The notes beneath the pieces are model-generated. The model worked only from the letters and a program-made list of their open reading frames with translations. It had not been told where the DNA came from and searched no databases. Below, piece after piece: positions 37,396 to 50,901 of a DNA stretch of 64,000 nucleotides. Numbering within the stretch: position 1 is the first letter of the stretch; every line of letters begins with the position of its first letter. The position numbers were made by a program, and so were the translations under genes. This stretch comes from Sphaerodactylus townsendi (lineage: Eukaryota), in assembly GCF_021028975.2 (NCBI RefSeq), contig NC_059431.1:67952001-68016000 (forward strand), in the 5' to 3' direction.

Positions 37396-39539
37396 TCCTA
37401 GACCATATTCCTTCATTCTAAACACAGCAAAAAAACTGGCTCTTCAATCTGACTTGAAGACATTTTTGTACTAATTTTCAGATAATGACATGAAAGGTAT
37501 AGGGAATAAACTATATATGTGGGCTGGCATTATTTTCCCTTCAGCTACGTTGTTCCAGAAACTCTCGATACTAAAAAGGTGCTACTGCCAGCCAGGACCC
37601 TCTTAGCAACCTCTCCCAGGCAGCTGCAATACAGTTCAGAGATCCCTTCATCCCATATTCTGAATATGCCATTTTAGGTATGCATTTTGGTTCTACAACA
37701 CAAGCGCATGGCTAATTAATAGGGTACCACAATGGAACCTGGCATGGCCCCTCTGTTCTATTATAGCTCTCCAAATTGCTCCTTTTAGCATAGCCAAGGG
37801 TTCAGGGATCATTCAGCTGATATAGTTTCAGCAGTAGCCTCCCACAGCACATCAAGAATTACTTTTGCAATTCCTTCAAGTTTCTTTTTAAAGCCTGCTA
37901 TTCAGAATATTGAGCTTCAGTTTGAAGCAAAAATCAAGAGCTTCATTGGAAGCACAGAGGTGGTTGTACAGTTCTCTGGGTTATGATCTGTATAACAATA
38001 TGGCATCTCTCTGTGGTCTTCGCTGAAGCATCACACCCCTACAGTTTCCGAAATTATTGATGTGGCTAACATTTTGCCAGTCTTCACCATTCTCCATTTG
38101 CTTTACTAAAGAGAAACCCTGCATTGTGCATTCTATATGCTGAAACTCCTAATAGACTGTCACACTCCATAGTGTTTGTTCCACCACTGTAAAGACATCA
38201 TGGATGAAGTTATCTACCTGAGACAGTGAGCGTATTAAATCACTTGAACTTCATTTGCACGGCAACATTGCTGAACGCACAGGCTATATTAGAGATTCCA
38301 GCATTTTGAATGACACTCTTGAAATTGCTGTTGAGTTATCTATATAGATATATAGATATGTGCAAAGGAAATGAATTGTAAGTTCTTATCCATTTCAAAT
38401 TAGACTCAGCATATAACCCTGAAGGGAAAACACCTAGCAGCTTTTTACATTTGTCTTACTGGTAAGCTTTTTAATCAAAAGTAATTTGGTTTTAAACATA
38501 TTGAAGTGTGTTTCATTAGCTGCTGGATGGTATTTGATTTATTTGATAACTGATTTATTCATATGCTCTGCAACATATGTTGCTTGTGCTTCTGAAGCTG
38601 CATAATTTCCAGTGGTAAATTGTGGCTTCTGCTGTTTGTTGTTGCATTGGCACATTGCCCATTTTCATTCTGACAGCATACAAGGCAGAAAATCATCAGC
38701 ACCTCTGTGATTACTGGTATGCACAATTGTATCTCTGTCAAAGTATCAAGTACTATCTGAGAACTAACATTTCAAATCAAAAAAACTTGGGCAAGGGATT
38801 TGCATCTGAAATTTTAGGACTGCATAAATCACTAAAAGCCTTCATAGAATCTGCAGAAAACATATTTTAAAAAAATAAACACTGTTACCAGTACAAACAC
38901 AAATTCGAACACACATTCACACACATACATACATGTTTTATATATATATAAAACAACCACCAGAAACAGTGGTATCAGCATTGTTTGGAGGACAGGCTAT
39001 AAAGGATTGGTGGTTCCTTCATTTTTAAAAAAATATAGGTATTTTCATTGGACAGGCAGAGAACTGCTCATTCCAAGAGGCTGCTTCTCTTATTCCACCT
39101 TATCCCAACTCCCGTTTTCTTCCTCCACTTGTGTGCTGTATCTGCTCAGCCACCTAAAATGATCCCCAGCTCTGTTTTACAGATTTTGCAGCCTTTACAC
39201 AACTGTGTTTGGCAATGCTCATAAAGCCAAACTTATGCCACTTGTAACCTTACAAGCAAAATGTTGGTAGCCTACCAGTCATGTATGATAGGGCACCAAA
39301 GGCTTAAGAGCCCTTTCTGTGACTTCTGTGTATATGGAGATGCAACGACAGAAGATTGTGGACTGTATTCACCTTGCATATGATTACAGGCCTGCACTAT
39401 TTATGCCATTTTTTACCCTTCTCTCATAATTCTGCTGTGGTGTCACATGGGGAGAGGATACACAGCAACACTTCTCCCCATTCAGCTAGAGCAGGGGTCG
39501 TCAACCCGCGACTCTTTTATCCTCTGATTTTTCTCTGAT

Positions 39540-40125
39540 TTCTCTGATTTTTTCCTTATATTGTTCAGTCTTCATGATTACTGTCGCATTCCCCTTGTCT
39601 GCTGGAAGTATGATGATTTCTGGATCTGAGCTGAGATTCTTAATTTCTTTCCTTTCGTGTAATGTTGCTGGAGGGAAGTTTTGCTTTTCGTAATATCCTT
39701 GCTGTTTCTCCTCTTAGTTCCTCTGCTTCCTCTTCTGGAAGATGCCGGGTAGCTGATTCTACATTAGCAATGATGCCTTCCACGGGAACTCCAGTGGGGG
39801 TAACAGCAAAATTGCTTCCCTTGGCCAAGATGGATGTTTCATCACTGGAAAGTTGTCATTCAGTCAAATTTATGATGATTCTTGAAGTGTCCAATGAGGG
39901 TTTCTGTTGGTGCTGGTATTTTTGGATTTTGCTGAATTTCTGCTTCTGTCTTTTTGTGTAGCTAACAATGTCTTTCTCCATTTTTCTGTAGGTGAGGTAG
40001 GTGAGGTCAATTTTGTCCCAGTCCTGGCTTCTCATTTTTTGACTGATGTGGATGTGGAATAGTAGCAACTCCTTGTCTATGGCTGCAAGTTCTTTGCAGG
40101 TGGTGTGGATTCTCTCACATAATAA
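39540..40125 (-). mobile_element. Penelope-like element ORF fragment (region N-terminal to the RT core)
   Basis: IINLTE..LAKGSNFAVTP..IIANVESA..RILRKAKLPSSNITRKER..IIILPADKGNATVIM; the ADKG motif is characteristic of PLEs. Confidence 0.88.
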
Positions 40126-41259
40126 TGCACATACCAAAATATGGTTTAAGGTTGCCTCTACCAGGCCACCTAACTTCCAAGATCTGAAGCATCCGGGTCA
40201 CAGTATTTTGTTGGCCTGCTCCTTAGTTAATTCCATGAAGTTTCTACTATAAAACGTAGTTATTTAGTTGATTGTTTTTATGTAATGGATAGTATACCTC
40301 AATTACTGATTACTTTTGTTTGTTCTTTAGCCATAGAGTTGATATGACTATTAAAATACAAGGATGATCCTTTAATATTGCTAAGATCCATGAAGTTTAA
40401 AAAGCAATTTTGCAAAATCACCGATTCTATGAGCACATATCTGTTAATATAAAATATGACCCTATAAAATGTTCATTTTGCAACATAATCAGAACTGATT
40501 GAATTAATGGTTTTGGGATTAATCACTTCCATATTTTCTTCACCAGTGAAACGCTGCCACAATTTAGCTGTCCTGCTGAGCAGACAGAAACAAATCCTTA
40601 ACTAATAGCACCATCTAGAGGGGTTTAGTATATTGCAAGGTATTCAAAGTCATTTTGTAATTTGTGTATTATAACTTTCTTATGAAGGCTTTAGGGGTAG
40701 CTGTGGACAGAAAGTGGGAAAGAAATCATAATCTACAGCCCAGCTGATGACAATAATTTCCAGAGATTACAAAGTAGTGCAATCATAATCAAGTTTGTGT
40801 TTCAGAGTCAACTAGTCAGATATTCGAAGTCACCTGCTCTTGGGTGCATATCTAGTTTATATTACTGTACCTCCTGGTCTTGCAAGCAATAGGCATACAC
40901 CCTTCTTCCTGGTGTAGATCTCACTAGGGTGGTGTTAGCTTGTGAAGGAAGATAAAGGTATAAGAAGGAAAACATTTCATCATCTTCGCTCTGTCCTTCA
41001 TTCCGTCATTCTACCCCTTCCTCTTCAGACGTTTTTGGTTGAGAAGTAACACACCCCACCCACCCCCTGCAGCAAAGTAGGAGCACAATACATGAGCCTG
41101 AAATGTTTTTCATCGATCCAGATTTTGCAGGTTTCTTATTCTATATGATCTTTCAGTCTATTTGCTAAGACATTTAAGAGGGCTTCCCTGGATTGTCTTA
41201 CATGGGACACAAATACACAGTGAGATCCCACAGAAAACTGCTGCATGGACAACCAACTG

Positions 41260-42262
41260 GTTGGTTGCAACAGAGCAGGTTAAAACTTAATCCATTGAAG
41301 ACGGAGATCCTCTGGCTCGGTGATGGTGGGGGGATAGGGAATTTTCAGCTGCCGGTGTGGGAGGGGGTCTCATTGGCGCCGGCCTCCTCCGTTCGCAGCC
41401 TGGGGGTCCACCTGGATTCGTCTTTTTCAATGGAGACCCAGGTGGCCCATACAACCCGGGCTGCATTTTTCCATCTCCGTCAGGCCCGGCGGCTGGCTCC
41501 CTTTCTCTCCCACGTGGACCTAGCCACGGTGATCCATGCAACGGTCACCTCCAGGTTGGACTATTGTAACTCGCTCTAAGCAGGCCTACCCTTGAGATTG
41601 ATCCGGAAGTTGCAACTGGTCCAGAATGCGGCGGCCCGCTTGCTCACGGGGGGCGCCTTCCGTGACTATATTCGACCTGTATTATGCCGCCTGCATTGAC
41701 TCCCGGTTGAATTCCGAATGATCTTCAAGGTATGGGTGCTTACCTTTAAGGCCTTATGTGGCCTGGGACCCTCATACCTCCAGGACCGCATTACCCCATA
41801 TGTCCCTGCTAGGCCTCTGCGCTCAGCGGAGGTTAACTTGCTGACAGTCCCTGGCCCCTCCATGATGCGGCTGGCCTCCACTAGGGCCAGGACCTTTACA
41901 GCCCTGGCCCCTGCCTGGTGGAACACTCTTCCTCCAGCTGCCCGGGCCCTGCAGGACCTTGGCAAGTTCCGCAGGGCTTGTAAGACAAAGTTGTTCCACC
42001 GGGCTTTTGGAGTGTCCAGCCGCTGAAAGTGCCCCCCCTTATCTTACGTATAGGGTCCATCACCAACTGTAGGACCCACCCTTTTCTTCTCTCCCCTTCT
42101 GGGAGGGTTTAAGGGGGATTTAGCGGGCATCGTTGCATCACACTGTTGTATTATGTAAGATTTGCTGTTTTTAACTTATGTATTTAGTGGTTGAATTATA
42201 TCTGTTTTATGCTTTTATACTGAATCTTGTGTTGTTCACCACCCAGAGCCCTTTGGGGGTTG
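41260..42262 (+). mobile_element. L2 LINE 3' part (ORF2 C-terminus + 3' UTR), running into the gap
   Basis: WLQQSRLKLNPLKTEILW..VRSLGVHLD..AFFHLR..IHATVTSRLDYCNSL..LQLVQNAAARLL..LTFKAL.GLGPSYL. Confidence 0.95.
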
Positions 42263-42397
42263 NNNNNNNNNNNNNNNNNNNNNNNNNNNNNNNNNNNNNN
42301 NNNNNNNNNNNNNNNNNNNNNNNNNNNNNNNNNNNNNNNNNNNNNNNNNNNNNNNNNNNNNNNNNNNNNNNNNNNNNNNNNNNNNNNNNNNNNNNNN
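42263..42397. other. Assembly gap (135 N)
   Basis: Run of N. Confidence 1.
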
Positions 42398-42829
42398 CTA
42401 AAATTACTCCTTTCTGTCTCTTATGCTAAGTGCCAGTGATTGTGTGCCTTCTATCTTTTTCATGTGGATAAACTACTTCAAAAGCAAATTAAAATAACAT
42501 CAAATGAATTATCAGCTGCACATTCCATTGCTTCGTATGTACACTGCTATTATACTGTTGCCATGTGGTGCTGCAGCACTTGTTCTATTACTTGTGCAGT
42601 AGAAAATATGCTAAGTACATTTTCCTGTCTGCCCTCATATCACAGGATCCAAACTACTGATTGCCATATGTTAAAAGACCCATGAATGAAGTACTTAATA
42701 CTGATGAACTGTTATTTGGTATACATCTAACTACAATTTACCAAAACTTAGAAATGGTTCTTGTCCTACTCTGTAGCTGTGGTTACCATTTCGTCTTGGG
42801 ATTTTTTAAATGATAGTGTTTATTATGAA

Positions 42830-43480
42830 ACAAGTTTTTTACAAATATTAAATATGTTTTTGATGTAACATATTATTTCAACAAATCCAAATGTTTTTGT
42901 TTGTTACATAATACTACATAATGATAGTAACTTCTGAATGTGCAAACTAATTAGTAGTACAAATAATAGAGAAAGATTAAATAAAAAAGCAAAGAACATT
43001 ATAAAAAGAAAAGAATAATAATAAAGGAAGAATAAAGGAAGAAACAAAAATCGAAAAAGAGGAAATTCTCCCTTTTACAAATGTATACAGATGTATATAA
43101 TTAAATACATTAATAAAAAAGAAAAATCTGTACCTTGTATTATGAAAAATCTATATCATATAACATCTAAGACTGTATATTTTTGTTATATCTCTCAACC
43201 AAGTATATCATCCAAAGTTTCCATTGTTCCTTAAAGTTACTTTTAATATTTAAACATTCATATTCTATAAACATCTCTAAATTTACCAGTTCCATAACTT
43301 TCCATTGCCAATCTATTATTGTAGGTATTGTTGTTTGTTTCCAGCCTCTAGCCAAAACAATTCTAGCTGCTGTTGCAAGATATTGAAATAAAGTTTTTTT
43401 TTAATTTTATACATTTTTGTAGTACAAAGACCTAGTCCTAGAAGATATAATTCTGGTAAACATTTAAGTGTTTTCAAATA
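42830..43480 (-). mobile_element. L1 LINE 3' fragment
   Basis: ARIVLARGWKQTTIPTIIDWQWKVMEL...FKEQWKLWMIYL followed by a T-rich 3' UTR. Confidence 0.75.
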
Positions 43481-43494
43481 AAATGTTATGTCCA

Positions 43495-44015
43495 GTTAAC
43501 ACTGAAATTCTGGACAATTCAGAAGGTTACTTTGTCAGACTGCACAGGGAGGCCATTGAAATTCACAAACACCAAGACAACTTCAACAGGAAAGAAGAGA
43601 CTCTGAGAATTAACAAAGCTTGGCTACCAGTACTTAAAAACACCAAAAGCAAACTTCAAGGGCCTGCTAACAATGGACTCCACTCAAACACAGGATTTGC
43701 ATTCACCAATGCTGCTGCTGCTGCAGGGCATAAAAATGTGAATCACTCCCTGGACTGATAAGCCCCACCCTCAATACAATACCATCAACCACATCTTTGC
43801 TTAACAAGTTCCACCCAAATACTTACTGATTGGTTCCCCACCCTGGGACATGGACAATATATACCCCAAACATTCCCTTCTCACATGACACAGTGTGTAA
43901 CAGACTTCCCTCTGCGATACACCTCTGAAGATGCCAGCCACAGATGCAGGTGAAACGTTAGGAACAAGATCTACCAGACCATGGCCACACAACCTGGAAA
44001 ACTCACCACAGCCAA
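43495..44015 (+). mobile_element. Penelope-like element 3' end (C-terminal part of the GIY-YIG endonuclease + terminal repeat)
   Basis: NTEILDNSEGYFVRLHREAIEIHKHQDNFNRKEETLRINKAWLPVLKN; terminal CCTCTGAAGATGCCAGCCACAGATGCAGGTGAAACGTTAGG. Confidence 0.9.
43922..43962 (+). ncRNA. Minimal type I hammerhead ribozyme-like motif of a Penelope-like element
   Basis: CCU-CUGAAGA-[U GCCAGC CACAGAU GCAGGU]-GAAA-CG-UU-AGG: conserved core boxes, stem II with one mismatch, short stem I (CCU/AGG). Confidence 0.65.
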
Positions 44016-45507
44016 AGTAGATTAATTTGCACAGGCCCAATTTGAAAGAAAAAGAAAGTAATTACTCAATCATTTAAGAGATGTAACTGAGCCTATTGGC
44101 TCAGTTAACAGCCGGGCTAGCTCCGTCTTTCTGCCGTCTCTCTGGCAGCCGCCCCCCCTCCCCCACGCCTCCCTGGGCTGGTTTCCCAGCTCAGAGAAAC
44201 GCTTCTGCTGCCTCCCGAGAGTCCGAAAATGCCGGAGGTCCATTGTGAACTCCTTTGTACTAGAATTCAGTTATATCTCTCATCCAAGTCCCCAAGTGGA
44301 AAAAGGACTATCCTCATGGGGAATGTATATTCTCGTGTTACTTGAGGCCTGTTAATCTTTCTCATTCTCTGTTCCCACTTGGTCATTGAATAACGTATAT
44401 TACCACAGGCAAATACCTGGCAGAAAGAGGCAGTTATGATACCAAAGAAATGTAAGAATTCATCTTATATTCAAGGGGAAGAAGGTGGGTCTAAAAAATA
44501 TTTCAAATAAAAATGTTAATGTGAATATGAAAAACAACTTTGTGAACCAATTGCCTTTACTTACCTACTTTTGTTGAAATATTTATCTGTACCACAAATT
44601 ATTAAAAAACCAATGTGAATATTTTTCTTGTTTTCGTGGTATGTTTTCTCTTTGTTTAAAAGATACAAATACACATCTGCAGTTTAAACTGTAATTGTGG
44701 TGTTATTTATGATCAATAATGGAAGAGAGCGAAAACATATGATTTTAACATCCCAATATGATTTTACACGAATAACATTAAGAAAATCTCACCATAAATC
44801 AAACATATGTGACAGAATATTCACAAGGGAAACAAATTAATATAAATATCCAATAGTATCTTAATTTGGAGTACAGTACCTGCCACAGCCATGTTCTGGC
44901 TGTCACTACAGAATATGCAATAGTAAACAGATGATATTCTTAACTTTTCTGATCATATAATATTATATTACATTTGTTATATATTTGTCATATTATGTTA
45001 TATGCCAAATTATATTTTATGGGCAAATTAGAGAATGCTAAATTAATTTGTGATGTGTGTAGCAATCAGGACCTCCTAGCAACCTGTGGGAGGCTTTGGG
45101 AGGGGGATACAAGAGGCAGTGATTCACCCCTCTGCAAGATGACATCACTTCCAGCATGATGCAGAAATGCCAGCATTACACCAGTGGGGCACTCTGGCAC
45201 TTGCCTTAAACTCTATGGTTTCCATAGTGTTTTGAGGAGAGTGATGGATCCTCCTACCTGGTAATGCCAGCACTTCCACATTTCATCTAAGTGATGTCAT
45301 CAAATGGTGACTTGGATCACTCCCCTTTTTTGGCTGACCTGTTTCTGCCTGATGAACAACTGAGTGCTGGTGAGCCAAGGCAGGAGGCACCAGGAGGTTG
45401 CTCACCATTAGTGAGCACCTGGGAATCCTAACAGAGATGCAATCCTGCAGGAGCAACCACATACACATCTGTAGAGTCCTTCTCTACAGATGAAGCACGG
45501 GTGCAGC

Positions 45508-45797
45508 AGTGGAGTGGTGGTTAAGAGCAGGTGTACTCTAATCTGGAGGAACCAGGTTTGATTCCCCGCTCTGCCGCCTGAGCTGTGGAGGCTTATCTGG
45601 GGAATTCAGATTAGCCTGTACACTCCCACACATGCCAGCTGGGTGACCTTGGGCTAGTCACAGTTCTCCTGAGCTTTCTCAGCCCCACCTACCTCACAGG
45701 GTTGTTGTGAGGGGAAAGGGGAAAGGAGTTTGTAAACCCCTTTGAGTCTCCTGTGGGAGAGAAAGGGGGGATATAAATCCAACTCTTCTTCTTCTCT
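45508..45797 (+). mobile_element. tRNA-derived CORE-type SINE (Squam3-like), near full length
   Basis: A box (TGG.GT.GTGG) and B box (GGTTTGATTCC); CORE block; (TTC)n tail. Confidence 0.9.
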
Positions 45798-48389
45798 TTG
45801 GGCTTTTTATTCATACTCTGCTGAATTCCCAGATGTATAGCATCATTGTCTGGCCATGCATTCGGAGGCTGGAGGGCTGGCCCAAGGTTTTTTGGTGCCC
45901 CAAGGCAAACTATGCTTTCTCCCCAACACTCCCTCTCCAATTCCTAATTGAGAAGTCTATAATGAATGCTCTGTGTCATGGGCATTTCAAAATAAACAAT
46001 GTAAAAACAAAACTGGGTAAGCTTTTCAAAAGACTTCCATGGTGTACTATGTCAATTATAGAAGACCACAATCAACAGCCATGTAGATTCTAGAAGCCAG
46101 TTAATCCCAAACTTCCCTTTTAGCCAGTAGAGGAATCACCTTGATTCCCACCCCCAATGATTATCTGTATTTGCCAAGAAGCTGGGCTGGTCCTTAAGGC
46201 AGTCCCTTCTGTGCATATACCAGAAATATCTGACTACTCCCTAGTGTGCTGATTACTTCCAAGGACAGAATGAACTTGTATATGCTGACAGGGAAGGCAT
46301 AAAATAAGACAAAACAGTTTGGCCATGATCAAGCAGTGCACGGTTAAGAGCAAACGAGCAAAGTAGGAAAGGCACCATTGACTTAATTCTGTGGACTGCT
46401 TCAGGGCTGTATCCAGCTGTCCTGGGTCATGATCTATTTATATCTAGACCTGAGAACAGACATATCAGGAAAAGAAAGCAGATGTCGTATCAAAGCTCTT
46501 TCATTTTTTAAAAAAACAGGTAACTATTGGTCTGGAATTCATGTTGACAACCCACTTCATTGATTTTTGGGGGGGTTACTTTAATTTTTTATTACAATTA
46601 TTGATTTATTAAAATGTATTGTGAGATGCCCAAGTGCTTTTAACTGTAAGTGCCACCACTTCCGGGTTGCTCCTGGTCATCACAAAATTGCTGTCTTTGT
46701 TTTTATAGCCTTTAAAATGTTTATATTATTATATCATTATTTCTGTGTGATAGTGATATTTCTGTGTAGTATCGATATTGTTCAGTTTTCCACAAAAGCT
46801 GATAGGCAAGAATTTGACCGGAGGTGCGGGGACAAGTGTTCTCCTCCTCTGTTCAAGGAGACAGTTTTTTCAACTATTTCAAGCCAGATTCAACTGTCAT
46901 CAGAGAGAGGAGGTGGGCTTACCTTAGTGGAGTGTGGGCAGTCTGCATGTGTGCCCCAATTGAATTCTTTTTCCACTCTCTCCAGTAGGGAAGTTAGCTG
47001 CCAGGGGTTCTCGGATGATGCCAGAGTACAGTAGTTCTGCTCAGCTCTAACCTTGCTGCTGCCGCCACTTTTTTCTCCATTCTCTCTCTCTCCCTCTGAC
47101 AGCTGTCCTTCTGCCCCACCCTCACAGAGCAGGGAGCAACGAGTTAGTGGGTGAGGGAGACCAAAGAGAGCAGAAACCCCCGAAGCAAGCAAAAATATCT
47201 GGGTTTGCCTGCTCTCAGCAATCGCAGGGCTTCCAGGATATGTGGTGTTGTTAAGTGCGAGCACATCTGCTGTGAAAACTCTTCTGGGAAGGAAACATAC
47301 CTTCACTGTACAGCAGAGCACCAGTGTATAATTGGCCATAGACTCAAGTGCCTTGCTGGTTCTTGGTGACAAATGCTCCATTTTTATTTGGGACTTAAGT
47401 GCCTGGTCAGGGTAGTATTGTATTTGCTTAGTCTAACATTCAGTATCTCTATTCAAAAATCTAAAAACAGAAGATTTTAGTCAAGAAATATAAACTTCTG
47501 TTTAAAATAACTTCCTTTCAATTTGCTGACCAGGAGTTTTGAGCTTTCCTAATGGGAAACAAAGTCACAAGCAATTATTTAATGATGGGATATACCATTT
47601 CAGTAGAAACTATCTGAAAGTTGTTGTGATTAATCTTTTTCCCCAAACAGACCTAATTATGAGCGCACATAATATCTCCAGGGAAAACAAGTACATATTT
47701 TATTAACGTTTTCCTGTCATATACCTTTCAGTCAGACTTGTTTTACCATTCAGAGTTATACAGATAAAGAAAAGGGAAGGTGGGAGAGAAATAGAAACTG
47801 ATGAGGCTTACAGGACATGCTAGAGAAAATGGAATCAGAATAGAAATGATAAGGACTGTGTTGGTAAGAACTGTCTCAGCAATAAATGTGAACACTGTTG
47901 TTACGACAGACAGGCTGTCAGATTTTAGAAGGCCTTTGCAATGGCATAGGAGCAACGGTGTGTAATACGTCTCTGACACCAAGTGGTCAGTTTGTAAAGT
48001 AGCATTGCAGAGAATATTTTGCATATCCTCCAACCATTCAACTATACATTGAAAATAATTCCCACAAAATCTGATTGTATTAGAAAAGTGCCCATCATTT
48101 TTATGACAATTACACTCTGTGTCTCCAGGAATTAAATCTCACTCCTTTGTTTGGCTGAAGCTGTTTACTAATGAATTTAGATTTTTAACCTTGGCTGTGT
48201 TGAAGATCCAGAGCAGTAAAATATAACAGCAGCCATTTAAAAAAACTGCTAAATAAAATATCCACAATTGTTTTATTTTCTATAATTTCTGAGGTAGCTA
48301 CTAAAAAAACAAGAGGAGGAACCTCAATGACTTGCAGATTGTTAGCAGAGTAATTAACACAGCAAAGGTTCACCATCTGATTAAAAGTG

Positions 48390-48570
48390 AAGGCAAAGGT
48401 AGTTCCCTGTGCAGGTACTGGGTCATTACTGATCCATGGTGTGACATCACATCACGAAGTCTATTAGGCAGACTGTGTTAACGGGGTGGTTTGTCATTTA
48501 CACTTTATCCCCAGCAAGTGGGTACTCATTTTAATGACCTTGGAGGGATGGAAGGCTATGTCAGCCTTGA
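48390..48570 (-). mobile_element. Sauria-type SINE fragment
   Basis: AAGGCAAAGGTAG..CCCTGTGCA..ACGGGGTGGTTTG..CCCCAGCAAG..GGGTACTCATTTTA..GGATGGAAGGCT pattern. Confidence 0.7.
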
Positions 48571-50339
48571 AACCTTTATTCTAACTAACTGAGAATAAAA
48601 AGGAAAGAGACAGGGTCCTCATGACTAGCTGAGATAGAGAGCCAAGAGTGAGAGTGGAACTTCCAAGAAGAAGACTATTGTCCTAAGAGTAGAAATCTGG
48701 AGACAAACAAGGAAGATATTTATCAGGAGAGAAGGCACTCAACTCACTATCCTAACTGCCCTCTTGATGCCTCCTGCAGGGTCTTCTCTTCTTCTTTGTG
48801 CACCTGACACTGCCTGTTCCAACAAAGAGGGTATTTCATTTTCTTCTCTCTGACTATTACCCTTCCCTGGCAGCCCCCATAGCCTCTCCTCATTTCTTGC
48901 TTCCTTCGTACCCACCACCCAACTACCTTTATTTTCCCCTGAATCTTCACCTTTCATCCTTCCCTCTACCTGGCAGCCTCTACCTGGCAGCCCCTACCTG
49001 GACGAACTATGGCCCAGCTAAGCAGTGCAGGCAGCCAGGATTGGTTCAGTGTATGTGTTGCCAGCCACTGGGCCCAGTTCCACAGTGGGGAACTTGCAAG
49101 GACTTGCAGGGGACACCTCACTTTTCCCTATATCCCCATTCCTACACCACTGCCTCATTTCTTGTTCCTGGCATTCCCACCATCCTCACCTTTACCTCCT
49201 TCCTTCTCTCCTGACCACCTATCAATTTACATTTTTGACCCCCTATCTTCAGCTATATTAATTACTGATACTACATTTATGTTCCACCTTTTTCACAAAG
49301 TAGACCAAAAGCAATTTGCACCATTTTCTTCCATTTTATTTTCACAACAACCCAGTGAGGTAGGTAGGCTATAAGTGTGTAACTGGTCCAAGGTTATCCC
49401 TTAAGTGCCAGATTAACAGTGCAGTTCTAAAAAGGGGCTTCAATTGACCCCCAATTCTGTAACTTTTCTTTAGGACTTTACAGTACAATGCTATTATTCT
49501 GATGAGCAATTCTGATAAGATTGCCTATTCCCTTGAACTTTACTGCTTTTCACTGCTAATGCTGTGATCATAATTTATTTCCATGGGTTAAAAAATTATA
49601 TCTTATTTGTTTTAACAACTGTAATTCACCCAGGATATTTTATTTAAAAATCCAGGATATAAAATTGAACAAAAAAATGAAAGCAAATTAATTTTGGTCA
49701 CTGTTTTTAGTATTTATAGGGCCCATTTTCTACTGACTGCAGGCACCTGCAGTGTGAGGAGATGCTCCCTACAAAAGAACAAATATTGTTTACAAGCACC
49801 ATTTTAACAACTGGTTCTGCTGAAGTGGTGCGAACCGGCTGAATCCCACCACTGGTCTTGTCCCATTGTTAAGCAATATTCCATAAAAGTTATAGTTGAA
49901 AAGAAATGTATGACCAAGATAGAATTTCAAATACTTCTCAGGTAGATAGTTTATTAGATGGTAAATAGATATATGACAGCTAATCTGTTTACTACTACCA
50001 AGACATAGAAACAAACTGGCAAAACCTGACTGTTAAAAATTGAAAGCGTATGTCAGCTTGTAAAACTGACTAGGATAGCAGAGCTTGTGCTTCTTGGGGG
50101 TGGCCAATACTAAATGTCCACCCTTCATCAATCCTGCAATCCTTTTGCAGATTTCTGCTATCAGACACTATGGATTAACTACAGCTGTGTATCTTTGTTG
50201 TTACTGTTCTTGGTATATCGGTAATATATACTAATTTCAAAAATAGAATAGTTAATAATACTTACTTAACATTAGTCTTACAAAGATTGTAAGATCATTT
50301 TCATGTTCCACAAATTCATAACTGAGAAGCAAGTTTCCA

Positions 50340-50709
50340 CTAGTGGGCAGAGTTTGCTCAGCCCTGTTCGATCCCCCATCCCTCCCCCCTCCCCCCCATA
50401 TACAGCAGCGTAATGAGTGGACTAAGTGGCTGTACGTATTTCTCAGCCAGCCTATGAGAAGTGGGAAAAGAGTGAAACTGCACAGCCGTACTCTCCCCCG
50501 TGCTCCCGAGTTCAGGAGGCACCCAAATCGCTGCTCCTGCTGCTATTGGCGGAGGATTTCGCCGAGCCACAGGGAAAGGGAGGCTGCCCTTCCAACGAAC
50601 GCCTCCTCCGAGTCATCGTATCCCTTAAGCTCTGCCCCATCTTCCTCTTCTTCCTTTCTAGGCCTCCCTACCCTAGACAGACTGTCCATCAGAGGTGCGA
50701 TTCCCCAGC
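50340..50709 (+). promoter_or_regulatory. Likely PRXL2C promoter / 5' UTR
   Basis: Locally CpG-enriched relative to the AT-rich flanks. Reverse CCAAT box (ATTGG 50545-50549) overlaps a GC-box-like GGCGGAG directly upstream of the start codon. Confidence 0.6.
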
Positions 50710-50901
50710 ATGGCAGATCCTTCCGAAAAGACGTTGCCTGTTACATGGCAGATCCACAGGCAAAGTGCCTTGCAGAACATAGTAGACGAGCCCGTGGAGC
50801 TAAGAGACGCTTATTCGTGTCTGGTGGTTGACGCAGCTGGGAAAGAGATGCCTTTCGGGGCCCTCTACGAGCAACAGAAGACTATCCTGGTGTTCGTGCG
50901 G
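50710..50901 (+). CDS. PRXL2C: PRXL2C coding exon 1 (MADPSEK...ILVFVR)
   Basis: ATG in a good context (AGCATGG); ends CGG|GTGAGA donor; [19 protein letters not shown] motif. Confidence 0.93.

Noticed and set aside
45508-45580. tRNA gene
   Set aside because: The A/B boxes belong to a SINE head followed by the CORE domain and a TTC tail.
46621-48033. ORFs of 137, 163, 72 and 96 aa upstream of PRXL2C as a divergent gene
   Set aside because: No recognisable homology and no coherent splice structure.
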